DNA from: Fibrobacterales bacterium
GTDB lineage: Bacteria > Fibrobacterota > Fibrobacteria > Fibrobacterales > JAOPTW01
Length of the DNA stretch: 57,253 nt
Direction: 5' to 3'
Assembly: GCA_051532035.1 (NCBI GenBank)
Contig: JAOPTW010000005.1
Coordinates: 1 to 57,253 of the forward strand
Of this stretch, positions 1 to 9,100 are shown one piece after another. A program made the position numbers and the translations under genes. Within the stretch, counting starts at the first letter, position 1. Every line of letters begins with the position of its first letter. The notes beneath the pieces are model-generated. The model did no database searches and was not told the DNA's origin. It saw nothing but the letters and a program-made list of their open reading frames with translations.

Positions 1-167
1 GATACAATTGTCACCCCTACCGAAACCGCAAACCACCCAACATGAAACTCAATCCCAAGGAGTGCATCAACAAGACGCTCCCCCTGCAATGAATGATACA
101 GGCTATTGCCTACAACAGTTAACAAAACTGCCGCAACACACGCCTTTATAATAGTCCATTTACTCAC
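1..167 (-). CDS. Hypothetical membrane protein, N-terminal part only (runs off window start)
   Basis: Read manually: GTG at 167, open to position 1, MSKWTIIKACVAAVLLTVVG...GWFAVSVGVTIV with two hydrophobic stretches; same strand as the upstream gene; not in the ORF track. Confidence 0.5.
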   Translation of the reverse strand, partial: MSKWTIIKACVAAVLLTVVGNSLYHSLQGERLVDALLGIEFHVGWFAVSVGVTIV

Positions 168-206
168 AATAATCTCTTACAAAACAAATATTAATACAAG
201 AATAAT

Positions 207-1469
207 TTAGAATTCTATTTTCATATGAGACTTTATTTTTACGTAATTATCTTCAATAACTACTCTCTCTCGATAAGAAACCTCAAGACCACCCATCCCA
301 ACAAGCCCCAAAGCTTTTTCTGCATACACTTCAGCAAGAATCCATCTGTCGGCAGCAGCAAGACACGAGGCGTAGGTATCAACCAACTGGTAGTTGCTCC
401 ACCCCGTTATCTCATTACTCCGATAAGAGTATTCTAGGCCCTCATCACTAGAACGCCGCAAAGAATCACCAATATGGCAGCGATATAGAGCCACATTATT
501 GAGGAGTAAGGGGTCATTACTCTCATGAGCAATCTTTAGTAGAGGTTCAGCATACCGTGCCGCACTATCATGATTTACATGTAACGAATCAAAAGCCCCC
601 ATATAAAAGCTCAGCAACATACCCGATTTATAATCACCATCACCAGTCATTGAAATTAACTGATACCCCACATCACTCTGTTTAGACAAATATCTACCAC
701 TCAACAAGTGATACCCTACAACAAATCGCTCCCGATCCTCACCCTCCAATAAGACACGCTCTACAAGTGCTGCATGAACTTGAGGATCACCATACTCAAC
801 TTCATAGGCCAACCACTGAGGATGATAGGGGGCCCATACAGCAGAACTGACTAGAAACATAAGAACCACTACGAGAATGACCCTACTAACCCGCATACCT
901 TCGCCATGTAATCGACCATACACCCAACCAAATCCAACCCCTAACCCAACTTGAAACATCACAGCACTGTATACAGATAATGACTCGAATTGAACGAAAA
1001 TAATAAAAGTTAATGCAACGGCCCAAAACTCAAATGGCCTAACAAAAAAACTGACTAACGACATTGGACGGTATCGAACCATAGAATAACTCACCCAAAA
1101 AAGCACAATTCCCCACACGCCTGGACTGTAAACCCCTAAAACCAGCGATCCTAACTGCTGAATTGCCCCATAAGCACCAATACAAACCAACCCATATTTA
1201 AGGGGCCCCATAAAAAACTCATTCTTACGAGAAAAACGGTAAAAATAGTACAAACCACTGAGATGAAGTAATAGTGACCCACCTGAAAAAACAGAACGTA
1301 TCACTGAGCCCATTTGACCGCCCCAACAGTCCCGTAAAGCAAACAAGGACTCAGATCGCAACTCAGTGCCAAAAAACAACCCAAACACCAACAAGCCCCC
1401 CAACAGGAGTAAAAAGGACAGGGATACCCACGGCATGGCACCCTGAAATTGTTCATTATTTTTATTCAT
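207..1469 (-). CDS. Membrane protein: degenerate rhomboid-like N-terminal region plus C-terminal TPR/SEL1-like helices
   Basis: About 6-7 hydrophobic helices with rhomboid-like spacing; C-terminal LNNVALY...VDTYASCLAAADRW...AEKAL is TPR-like. Confidence 0.45.
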   Translation of the reverse strand: MNKNNEQFQGAMPWVSLSFLLLLGGLLVFGLFFGTELRSESLFALRDCWGGQMGSVIRSVFSGGSLLLHLSGLYYFYRFSRKNEFFMGPLKYGLVCIGAYGAIQQLGSLVLGVYSPGVWGIVLFWVSYSMVRYRPMSLVSFFVRPFEFWAVALTFIIFVQFESLSVYSAVMFQVGLGVGFGWVYGRLHGEGMRVSRVILVVVLMFLVSSAVWAPYHPQWLAYEVEYGDPQVHAALVERVLLEGEDRERFVVGYHLLSGRYLSKQSDVGYQLISMTGDGDYKSGMLLSFYMGAFDSLHVNHDSAARYAEPLLKIAHESNDPLLLNNVALYRCHIGDSLRRSSDEGLEYSYRSNEITGWSNYQLVDTYASCLAAADRWILAEVYAEKALGLVGMGGLEVSYRERVVIEDNYVKIKSHMKIEF

Positions 1470-1787
1470 ACAAAAGAACTAACTCATTTAATGAAATACT
1501 TAAAATAGAACTATTTTCACAATACCTTTCCCAAAAGCTAAATATCGCGATTTTAAACACAATTTACTAAAAACATTGTGTAAATTTCCTTTTTACAACT
1601 TGTTGTCACTACTTTAAGATATAATTGTAGCATATTGACACATATTGTGACATTATTTGATATTTTAAAAGCATTCCAAAAAAGATGTGCCAACAACCGC
1701 CTAAATCGGCCTTAAACGCAGATTTTATAGGTTCGCTAAACTTTGGCACACATTTTGTTATGTGGGGAAACATACACAGGAGAAACC

Positions 1788-2600
1788 ATGCATTTTGATT
1801 CTAACGATGAAACCTTAAAACGATACCTTGATGATATTCGTAAAACTGCACCTCTCGGAAGAGAAGAAGAACAGGAGCTTTTTAAACGCGCTAAAAAAGG
1901 GAACAAAGCAGCGAGAGCTAAATTGATCTCTGCCAATATGCGATTTGTTTTGAAAGTAGCCATTCAATACCGCGGTTGCCCAATTCCACTTCCAGACTTA
2001 GTAAGTGAAGGCGCAATGGGCCTTGTACGAGCAATTGAAAGTTTCGACCACTCACGGGGTTTAAAATTTATCTCTTATGCCGTTTGGTGGATTAAAGCAT
2101 ACATTACTCGTGCTATTAATGAAAATGGCTCCCTTATTCGCCTCCCTGCCAATCAGCACTTAAGAGTCCGTAAAGCACTTAAAGAACAGTCTAAAGGCAA
2201 AGAGATCGCAGAAGATATCAGGGAACTGATTCAACTCGGTGAACGTGGCATCTCATTTGATTCACCTCTAAAGCCTGATACGAAAACAACGTTTAGTGAA
2301 GTACTTGCCGACAACAAAGCAATGAGTCCTGAAGCTGAATCTGAGATTATGAACATAGAAAACCTCACTCGTGAGCTATTATCGCAACTTCCTCCAAGAG
2401 AAGCACGCGTTATTGCAGGTATTTTTGGAATTAACCAAGAAGCACCACAGACACTCAGAGAAGTGGGTGAATCAATGGGTATTTCTCACGAACGAGTACG
2501 TCAGCTTCGTGACCAAGCCCTCAGAAGAATACGCAAGATGAATTCAAAAGACTATCTCAAAGAAAAATATGAAGGCTTCCTCGAAGCAATTAAAATCTAA
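1788..2600 (+). CDS. RNA polymerase sigma70-family factor (regions 1.2, 2, 3, 4; no region 1.1)
   Basis: ANMRFV, DLVSEGAMGLVRAIESFD, KFISYAVWWI, TLREVGESMGISHERVRQL; AGGAG at 1778-1782 favours ATG 1788 over TTG 1743. Confidence 0.93.
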   Translation: MHFDSNDETLKRYLDDIRKTAPLGREEEQELFKRAKKGNKAARAKLISANMRFVLKVAIQYRGCPIPLPDLVSEGAMGLVRAIESFDHSRGLKFISYAVWWIKAYITRAINENGSLIRLPANQHLRVRKALKEQSKGKEIAEDIRELIQLGERGISFDSPLKPDTKTTFSEVLADNKAMSPEAESEIMNIENLTRELLSQLPPREARVIAGIFGINQEAPQTLREVGESMGISHERVRQLRDQALRRIRKMNSKDYLKEKYEGFLEAIKI

Positions 2601-2622
2601 CTGAAATGTTTCATTTGATTTC

Positions 2623-2669
2623 AGCCAGTCCATTATGATAGATTTTCTCATAATGGACTGGCTTTTTTT
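2623..2669 (+). terminator. Rho-independent terminator of the sigma factor gene
   Basis: AGCCAGTCCATTATGA-N9-TCATAATGGACTGGCT followed by a T-run. Confidence 0.9.
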
Positions 2670-2734
2670 ATATTTACTACTATGAGTTTAGAGCCAACCT
2701 CATTGGACTCAATAACTCTCAAATCCCAATCACG

Positions 2735-3262
2735 ATGGAGCATATGGAGATACAAGAAGGTAACTTCCTTTTAGCAACAGAGCTACTCGATAACTCTTAT
2801 TTCGAAGATTCCATCGTATTTCTTGTTGAACATTCTGAATCAGGAACCTATGGGCTTATAATAAATAAAGTATGTCCTATGCCACTGAACGAAGTATTTA
2901 CCAGTACTCCATCCCATGAACGTGGTCTTCATCACTTTCACATTGGTGGCCCTGTTGATGAAAACCTCATTCAAATTGTACATACCGACCCATCACTGAT
3001 AGAGCATGCTAAAGAGGTGCAGCCTCATATCTATATTGGCAACTCATTTGTTCGTGAAGAATCACGTCTCCCTGATGCACACCCAACGAATGAAAAAGTA
3101 TTTCTTGGATATTCCGGCTGGTCACCTGGACAGCTTGATGAAGAAGCAGCACAAGGTTGCTGGACCCTATCAACCATTGACCCCGCTCTTGTTCTGCACG
3201 AATACACCCCTTACTTTACCAACCTCTCGGTTGAAGGTTTTAAAAAACAGTTCCCTACATGA
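2735..3262 (+). CDS. YqgE/AlgH family protein (UPF0301)
   Basis: YFEDSIVFLVEHSESGTYGLIINK, GGPV, FLGYSGWSPGQLDEE. Confidence 0.9.
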   Translation: MEHMEIQEGNFLLATELLDNSYFEDSIVFLVEHSESGTYGLIINKVCPMPLNEVFTSTPSHERGLHHFHIGGPVDENLIQIVHTDPSLIEHAKEVQPHIYIGNSFVREESRLPDAHPTNEKVFLGYSGWSPGQLDEEAAQGCWTLSTIDPALVLHEYTPYFTNLSVEGFKKQFPT

Positions 3263-4131
3263 TCCATAATGCACTCAATCAACTTACCGTTTCTACAGGT
3301 GAGTATACTATCCAAGGATTTGCTATTTCTGGCCTCGCGTCTTATATACAAGTCCCAGAACTAGACCTTTGTTTTGATATGGGAGAGTGTCCAGTTTCTG
3401 CCATAAGCCTAAATAATGTTTTTCTTACTCACTCTCATGGCGATCATTCACGCTGTTTATTGCGCCACTTTACCTTGCGGAAAATGCTCAACATCCCCGC
3501 AACCCCTCATTACTATATACCCGATCATCTCCACGAAACAGCAATAGATTGGGTAATCGCTGAGTCTGTTTTTGAGGGCGTACATCGTGAGTACGTTCAA
3601 ATACCACACTTTGTCCCAGTCAACCCAGAAATGGGGTATATAAAATTTGAAAATAGAAGAGATCTCTTTTTTAAGTGCTTTGTAGTCGACCACACTCAAC
3701 CAGCACTCGCTTATACCATTTATCGTCACAAGAAGAAGCTAAAGAAAGAATATATAGGTTTACCAGCCCAAGAGCTTATTACGTTAAGAAACAATGGTAT
3801 TCGTCTAGAAAATGATGTCTATACGCCAGAAGTAACCTATATCGCAGACTGTCGAGAGAGCTCTATGGATACTCCTGAAATTTGGAAATCTAAAGTACTG
3901 CTTCTCGAAGCGACATTTCTCTTGCCAGGAGAAGAGGCCCTTGCAGGAGCTCGTGGTCATTCACATATCAATGATATTGTGAAATACCTCATTAAGTATG
4001 AAGACTCAATAAAATGTACACACATTATTATTAAACACTTCTCCATGAAGTACAGTAGGCGACAGATAATTGACACCATTAAGAAAGCGGTTCCCGAACG
4101 TTTTATGGATCGTATTCACATTTTTGTTTAA
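3259..4131 (+). CDS. Metallo-beta-lactamase-fold hydrolase, RNase Z-like
   Basis: THSHGDH (HxHxDH), FDMG, EATF, GHSH, HFSMKY and a KKLKKEYIGLP exosite-like segment; ATGA overlap with the upstream gene. Confidence 0.8.
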   Translation: MIHNALNQLTVSTGEYTIQGFAISGLASYIQVPELDLCFDMGECPVSAISLNNVFLTHSHGDHSRCLLRHFTLRKMLNIPATPHYYIPDHLHETAIDWVIAESVFEGVHREYVQIPHFVPVNPEMGYIKFENRRDLFFKCFVVDHTQPALAYTIYRHKKKLKKEYIGLPAQELITLRNNGIRLENDVYTPEVTYIADCRESSMDTPEIWKSKVLLLEATFLLPGEEALAGARGHSHINDIVKYLIKYEDSIKCTHIIIKHFSMKYSRRQIIDTIKKAVPERFMDRIHIFV

Positions 4132-5792
4132 ACGTTTTTGAAGTTCTTTACATATTCAGAAAGAGCATTATTTACTGTAGAAATTGTCCCTTTCCAGTCC
4201 CCTGCTGACTCTTGTCTAAATAATTCCACAGAAGGGTACCAATAGGTATCTCTGCAATTGAGCATCCAACGCCAATCTGGATTATAGGCAAGGAGTGCCC
4301 AAACCGGTTTATGCATCGCACCACACAGGTGCACCACAGAAGTATCAACCGCAATAACAAGATCAAGGTTTTCAATAAGTGCGACAGTTTCATTATAATC
4401 TTTTAGATAAGGGACCGCATTAAACCTATAGGATTCAGTATCGTCAAATACCTCAGTATCAGCTCCCACTTGTAAGTTAACTATTGAACATTCGATTCCA
4501 ACAAAAAGATCTATAAAGGTTTCGTAAGGTGTTGAACGCAATCTATCATTAGGATGCTTAGAGTTTCCCGCCCAAACAATCCCAATCCTCGGAAGAGCCC
4601 CCAGCAATGCAAGTCTACTGTACCACTCTTTACTAAGAATACTTTCTGAAACAATATACGGCGCACTACACCCTACATCACTTTGTGATACATTGAGCTT
4701 TGCCGGAAGTGAATTAAAAGAGCAAAAGTAATCATACTCAGGGAGCGCCGTACCATGCTCAACAGTTTGAACCAAAAAATTAGTGTGCACCAAGTTATAT
4801 AATGAAGGATGACACTCTACTATAACATGAGCCCCCAGTTGCTGGAGGTGAGCTACAAAGCGGAGGTTCTGAATCTGGTCCCCAATTCCTTGTTCATTAT
4901 AGAGTACAATTCGTTTTCCATTTAATGGTTCATTATTCCATTCAGGTCTATGAAAATTTCGTTGCATGTAGTTCTTGCCAAACACCTCCCACCGATGATG
5001 ATAGAGAGGCCAGCCTTTATGTAAATCACCCTGTAAAAAATAACATTTTGCAAGATTCCAACCCGACACACTATCTCCGGGAGCAACGCGTTGTGCTTCG
5101 CTAAAGAAGGTGATTGCCTGATCTATCTTATTTTCAACCAAGTGAAGTGTACCAAGATTATTGTGGGCACCTACATTCATGGGGTCATTTTGCAGGGCAA
5201 CCGTATAAGCCCAAATGGCGTTGAGCTTTTCGCCTATCCCCGTGTATGCGAGCCCCATTTTAAGATACATATCACTGATGGTAGGGTCAATATCACAGCC
5301 TCGGCTAAAAGACCGAATAGCATCTTTATAACGCCTCCGAGTTCGATAAAACTCACCGAGTACCCCAAAGGTTTCAGCAGAAGGAGCACAATCAACAGCA
5401 GCTCGGTACTGTTCTTCTGCATAGTCCCATTCATTTATATTTGCATAAAGATGCCCACAGTTCAGGCGCGAATCTTTAAAATCACCCTTTTGCTCAATAC
5501 TCTCAATAAAATGGGCTTTTGCCATATCAAATATATTAAGCTTCACATAGCAGACCCCTAAATTGCATTGATAGAGGTACTGCTCGGGGTTTATCTCTAC
5601 TGCTCGCTTAAGATGTATAAGTGCATTATCAAAGTCTCCTTGTGTAATAGAGATACACCCCAATAAATGGTGAGCATCAGCACAATTTTGATCTTGATAG
5701 AGGATTTCTTGGTAGAGTACAGAAGCCGCAGTAGTGTGTCCTGCTTGCTGTAATTTAAGAGCTTGTGTTAAAAGGTCGCCTAATCCCCGCAT
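4128..5792 (-). CDS. TPR-repeat protein with C-terminal GT9-like glycosyltransferase domain
   Basis: Multiple TPRs then EQGIGDQIQ, RIGIVWAG, LDLVIAVDTSVVHLCGA, DWRW, WYPSVELFRQ. Confidence 0.85.
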   Translation of the reverse strand: MRGLGDLLTQALKLQQAGHTTAASVLYQEILYQDQNCADAHHLLGCISITQGDFDNALIHLKRAVEINPEQYLYQCNLGVCYVKLNIFDMAKAHFIESIEQKGDFKDSRLNCGHLYANINEWDYAEEQYRAAVDCAPSAETFGVLGEFYRTRRRYKDAIRSFSRGCDIDPTISDMYLKMGLAYTGIGEKLNAIWAYTVALQNDPMNVGAHNNLGTLHLVENKIDQAITFFSEAQRVAPGDSVSGWNLAKCYFLQGDLHKGWPLYHHRWEVFGKNYMQRNFHRPEWNNEPLNGKRIVLYNEQGIGDQIQNLRFVAHLQQLGAHVIVECHPSLYNLVHTNFLVQTVEHGTALPEYDYFCSFNSLPAKLNVSQSDVGCSAPYIVSESILSKEWYSRLALLGALPRIGIVWAGNSKHPNDRLRSTPYETFIDLFVGIECSIVNLQVGADTEVFDDTESYRFNAVPYLKDYNETVALIENLDLVIAVDTSVVHLCGAMHKPVWALLAYNPDWRWMLNCRDTYWYPSVELFRQESAGDWKGTISTVNNALSEYVKNFKNV

Positions 5793-6046
5793 AATCCGGT
5801 ATCACCTGGGTCGCTTGTACAAGTATCTTTATTAGGGCATTCTATACAGAGATGCTCTTCTTCTTTAAATTGTACATCCTGGTGACCGGACTCATCGCAT
5901 TCACAATCTGCTAATCTTACTCCATTAACCAAAAGTGGAGCATTTCCACATGATTTTTGAAGTGGTTTATCGATCAAAAGAGTTTTAACCCCCATGAGGA
6001 CAAAAAATATAAGCATTAAAGCCAGTGTGATTAGAAAGAGTTCCAT
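5780..6046 (-). CDS. Small membrane-anchored Cys-rich protein, NqrM/DUF539-like
   Basis: N-terminal TM (MELFLITL...), LMGVK...PLQKSCG and further Cys residues; start reassigned to ATG 6046. Confidence 0.55.
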   Translation of the reverse strand: MELFLITLALMLIFFVLMGVKTLLIDKPLQKSCGNAPLLVNGVRLADCECDESGHQDVQFKEEEHLCIECPNKDTCTSDPGDTGLCGD

Positions 6047-6058
6047 AGTACAAATATA

Positions 6059-6091
6059 GATCATTTGAGTGAGAATTTCACTCAAATGATC
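6059..6091. terminator. 14-bp inverted repeat just 3' of the 1429-aa gene
   Basis: GATCATTTGAGTGA-GAATT-TCACTCAAATGATC; no clear U-tract. Confidence 0.5.
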
Positions 6092-6100
6092 ACCACTTTT

Positions 6101-9100
6101 TTAGAATGAATATTGATAATTCAAGGCTGTATAAAAATGAGAATATTGTGATTCGAGCTGCTGAGGCCGTTCAAAGGTGTCATACCGAACCATGCCTTCA
6201 AGATACATACGAGAGGTTAGATTATACCGACCCACAAAACTAACCCACCAATCCAATTCCTCTTCAGTACTGCGGTACTCCTCAATTCGCACATCACTAT
6301 TTGTCGGAAGAGCTGTAGGTTTTGCAGATACTTGATCTGAGGTAGCTGTTTCGGTAGCAGTGTACGTTCCATCACCTTCCGTGTGATACAACTTAACCGC
6401 AGTAGTGGTATTCAAAGTATCAATCACATAATAGCGCACCGCATCTTCTTCGGTTGTTTTAGTTTTCATACCGACGTCTAACGTAAGTGTAACCCGTCTA
6501 TCAAGAACTTTCATAGAAATTTTATTACTCACTTTTATCTCGGTTATCGCTTCATTATCCTTCACAATTGAAGTAAATATTGGAGTGACCTTAAATCGAT
6601 TATTAAATCTAAGAGGCCGATACTTTAATGAATACTCAAAAGGAAAAGAGTATTTTACTTTATCCTCCCCCCCCAAATAATACCCAAGCTCTCGAAGTGT
6701 TTCATTACTTAATGCTATAGGGAGCGTATCCGAAGCTGTAGTGTAAAAATTATCACTCGTATTGGCAAATTCAGACTTATCAAAGAGAAGTTCGAGATCT
6801 GCCCCAAGCTTCAATTGATTCATAGAATTCAGATCAAACTTACTTCCTAGTGCTACAGAATGAGTTAAGTCTTTGGATTCAAAATCATGTTGCAGAACCT
6901 CTTCAGCAGCAAGATATCCATAATAGCGCTCTTTATTAATAGAGAGCGTCTGACCATAATAGAGACGTGTTGTATCAGTTGCCCCCCCCGAACCTTTAAA
7001 AAATGGGTCCGTATATACAATATCATCATCAGACCTTACAATCTGAGTTGTAGAATCTTTCTGAGTTTGATAGTTAATTCCATATTCAATATCAAAGCTC
7101 CACTGATCATTTAATCGGTAGTCACTCGTTAATACAATATCATGAATATAGAGCGGCCGGTTCTCATTAGCCTTAAAGTCTTTTCCTTCTTGAAGCCCCA
7201 TAAAGCTTCCTTCAGCAAAACCAAAAAGGTTGAGATCTCCTTTAGTTCCCACATTATTTATATCGAGGTTATACTCAATTCCTGCATTCCAATTATTTTG
7301 AATGGTATGAGAGTATGATCCAAAATAGTTTCTTGAATTAGCACTCACACTCGTCCCCGAGCCAGGTGAGTAAAAATACGGTGTCACAATTTTTGCGCCT
7401 AACGCTACACTTGATTGAGGAAAAAAGTATTCAGCTTCAACCATATAAGCCATATTATTTTTCAGTTGGTCATACCACTCTCCCCCCTCATCTTCCGTAC
7501 TTGCACGAGTCACATAGTCAGCATACAGTGAATCGACATCCATCCCATAAAAGGGCTGCCCATTTTGATTCAATAATGCTGTAAATTTATCCGTATCCCG
7601 AATTACTGGGTATGCCGACAGTGAATCACTGATAATTTGATGGAGCGAGTCAAGGGTAACAATTTGTTCCGTAGTAAGCGTAGAATCAATACTATATGCA
7701 GCTTTCAGTTCCGTTACAAAATTTGAAGTGCCGTTAATAATGTTGCCATTTAAGGTGTCGCTCAAGCCATAGGCAATTTCAGCATTTACTTCAAAAGTAC
7801 CCTTAGGGTTGGTCCAGTGTCCACGCCAATATCCTGAACGAGATTTTCTTTCTGGGTCATACAGCCCAGAAGATTCCGCAAGGTCATCTCTACCAAGATA
7901 GAATCCGCTGCGATTATTTTCAGATTGTACCCAACCAAATGTGAGCGAAGAATAGTTACTCGTGTATATTTCCATTTGAGCATACAGAAGCATCTCTTGG
8001 GTATAAGCGTTGTTAGTCTCTATTATTTCGTTAAACGCCTCTGGATTTTTATCACCAATATCGAGGGGACGCTGAGCTTCACCATATACTGCAGTGAATG
8101 CAACTACAGGCTTATTGTATTCATCACCACCAAATTTACCATAGTATTTACCACCCCAAATATCACGACCAGCAAAAGAGAGTTCACCACCCACCTCATT
8201 AAAGTCTCCTATTTGTAGCGTATGATTCTTTGTTCCCATTTTAAGAGAAAGTGGGTCAATATATGTAATAGATTTAACATCACTATCAGCAATCCAATCA
8301 TCATACCTACCATCCATGGAATATTCCAAAACAAAATTGCCATAATCAAGAGATGAATAAACCGAAAAATTGTATGCGATTCCATCTTGTAGCTTATCGT
8401 TAGGGTAATTACTCCCTACCCCAATAGTATCACCATTTGCCGCGACAAAAACTTTTGGTCCCGGAACTTTTTCATGGGTCACTTGATTATACTCAATCCC
8501 AAGCCCCAGATTCCCCAAAATATTCAGTTCTGTTTTCTCTTTAATACTATAAATACCAAGCTTAAGGCCTTTTTCTACTGCTTTAACCACACCAACAACG
8601 AGACTCTGTGTCGTATCTTTACCATACTTTGCCCGAGCAATGACATCTTCAATTACCGGTTCATCCAGTAATTTAAAATTCACCTCATTTTTATTAAAGT
8701 CAAAATTATCGAGATCAATTTTTTTACTTGAGATTACCCCATATTCATTTTTTCGTATACGTACTTTGTTCATTGTCAGTGAAATATCACCCAAAAGAAG
8801 CATACCTTTCTCGGAGTTTTCGACTAATGTTGACTTCATACTGAGTGAGCCCATGGAACGTACCGCAACAGCATTAACACTGTTAAATATACGAGATCGT
8901 TCTACAGAAACTGTTGCATATTCATCAACGAGAAGCCCCACTAATGCCCCTCCCGCAATATCAGAATCATAGATTGATATATCTGAGCTCTGCACATGTA
9001 TTGAATTATTTTTTGTATCGCGAATTATTGCATTTTGCAATGTTGCCGATGAATTTATAAACTGAAACCCATTTTCTGCATGTCCCATTTCAAGCCATGT

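Noticed and set aside
4128..4131. Convergent genes sharing TTAA stop codons
   Set aside because: Common compact-genome arrangement with no further signal
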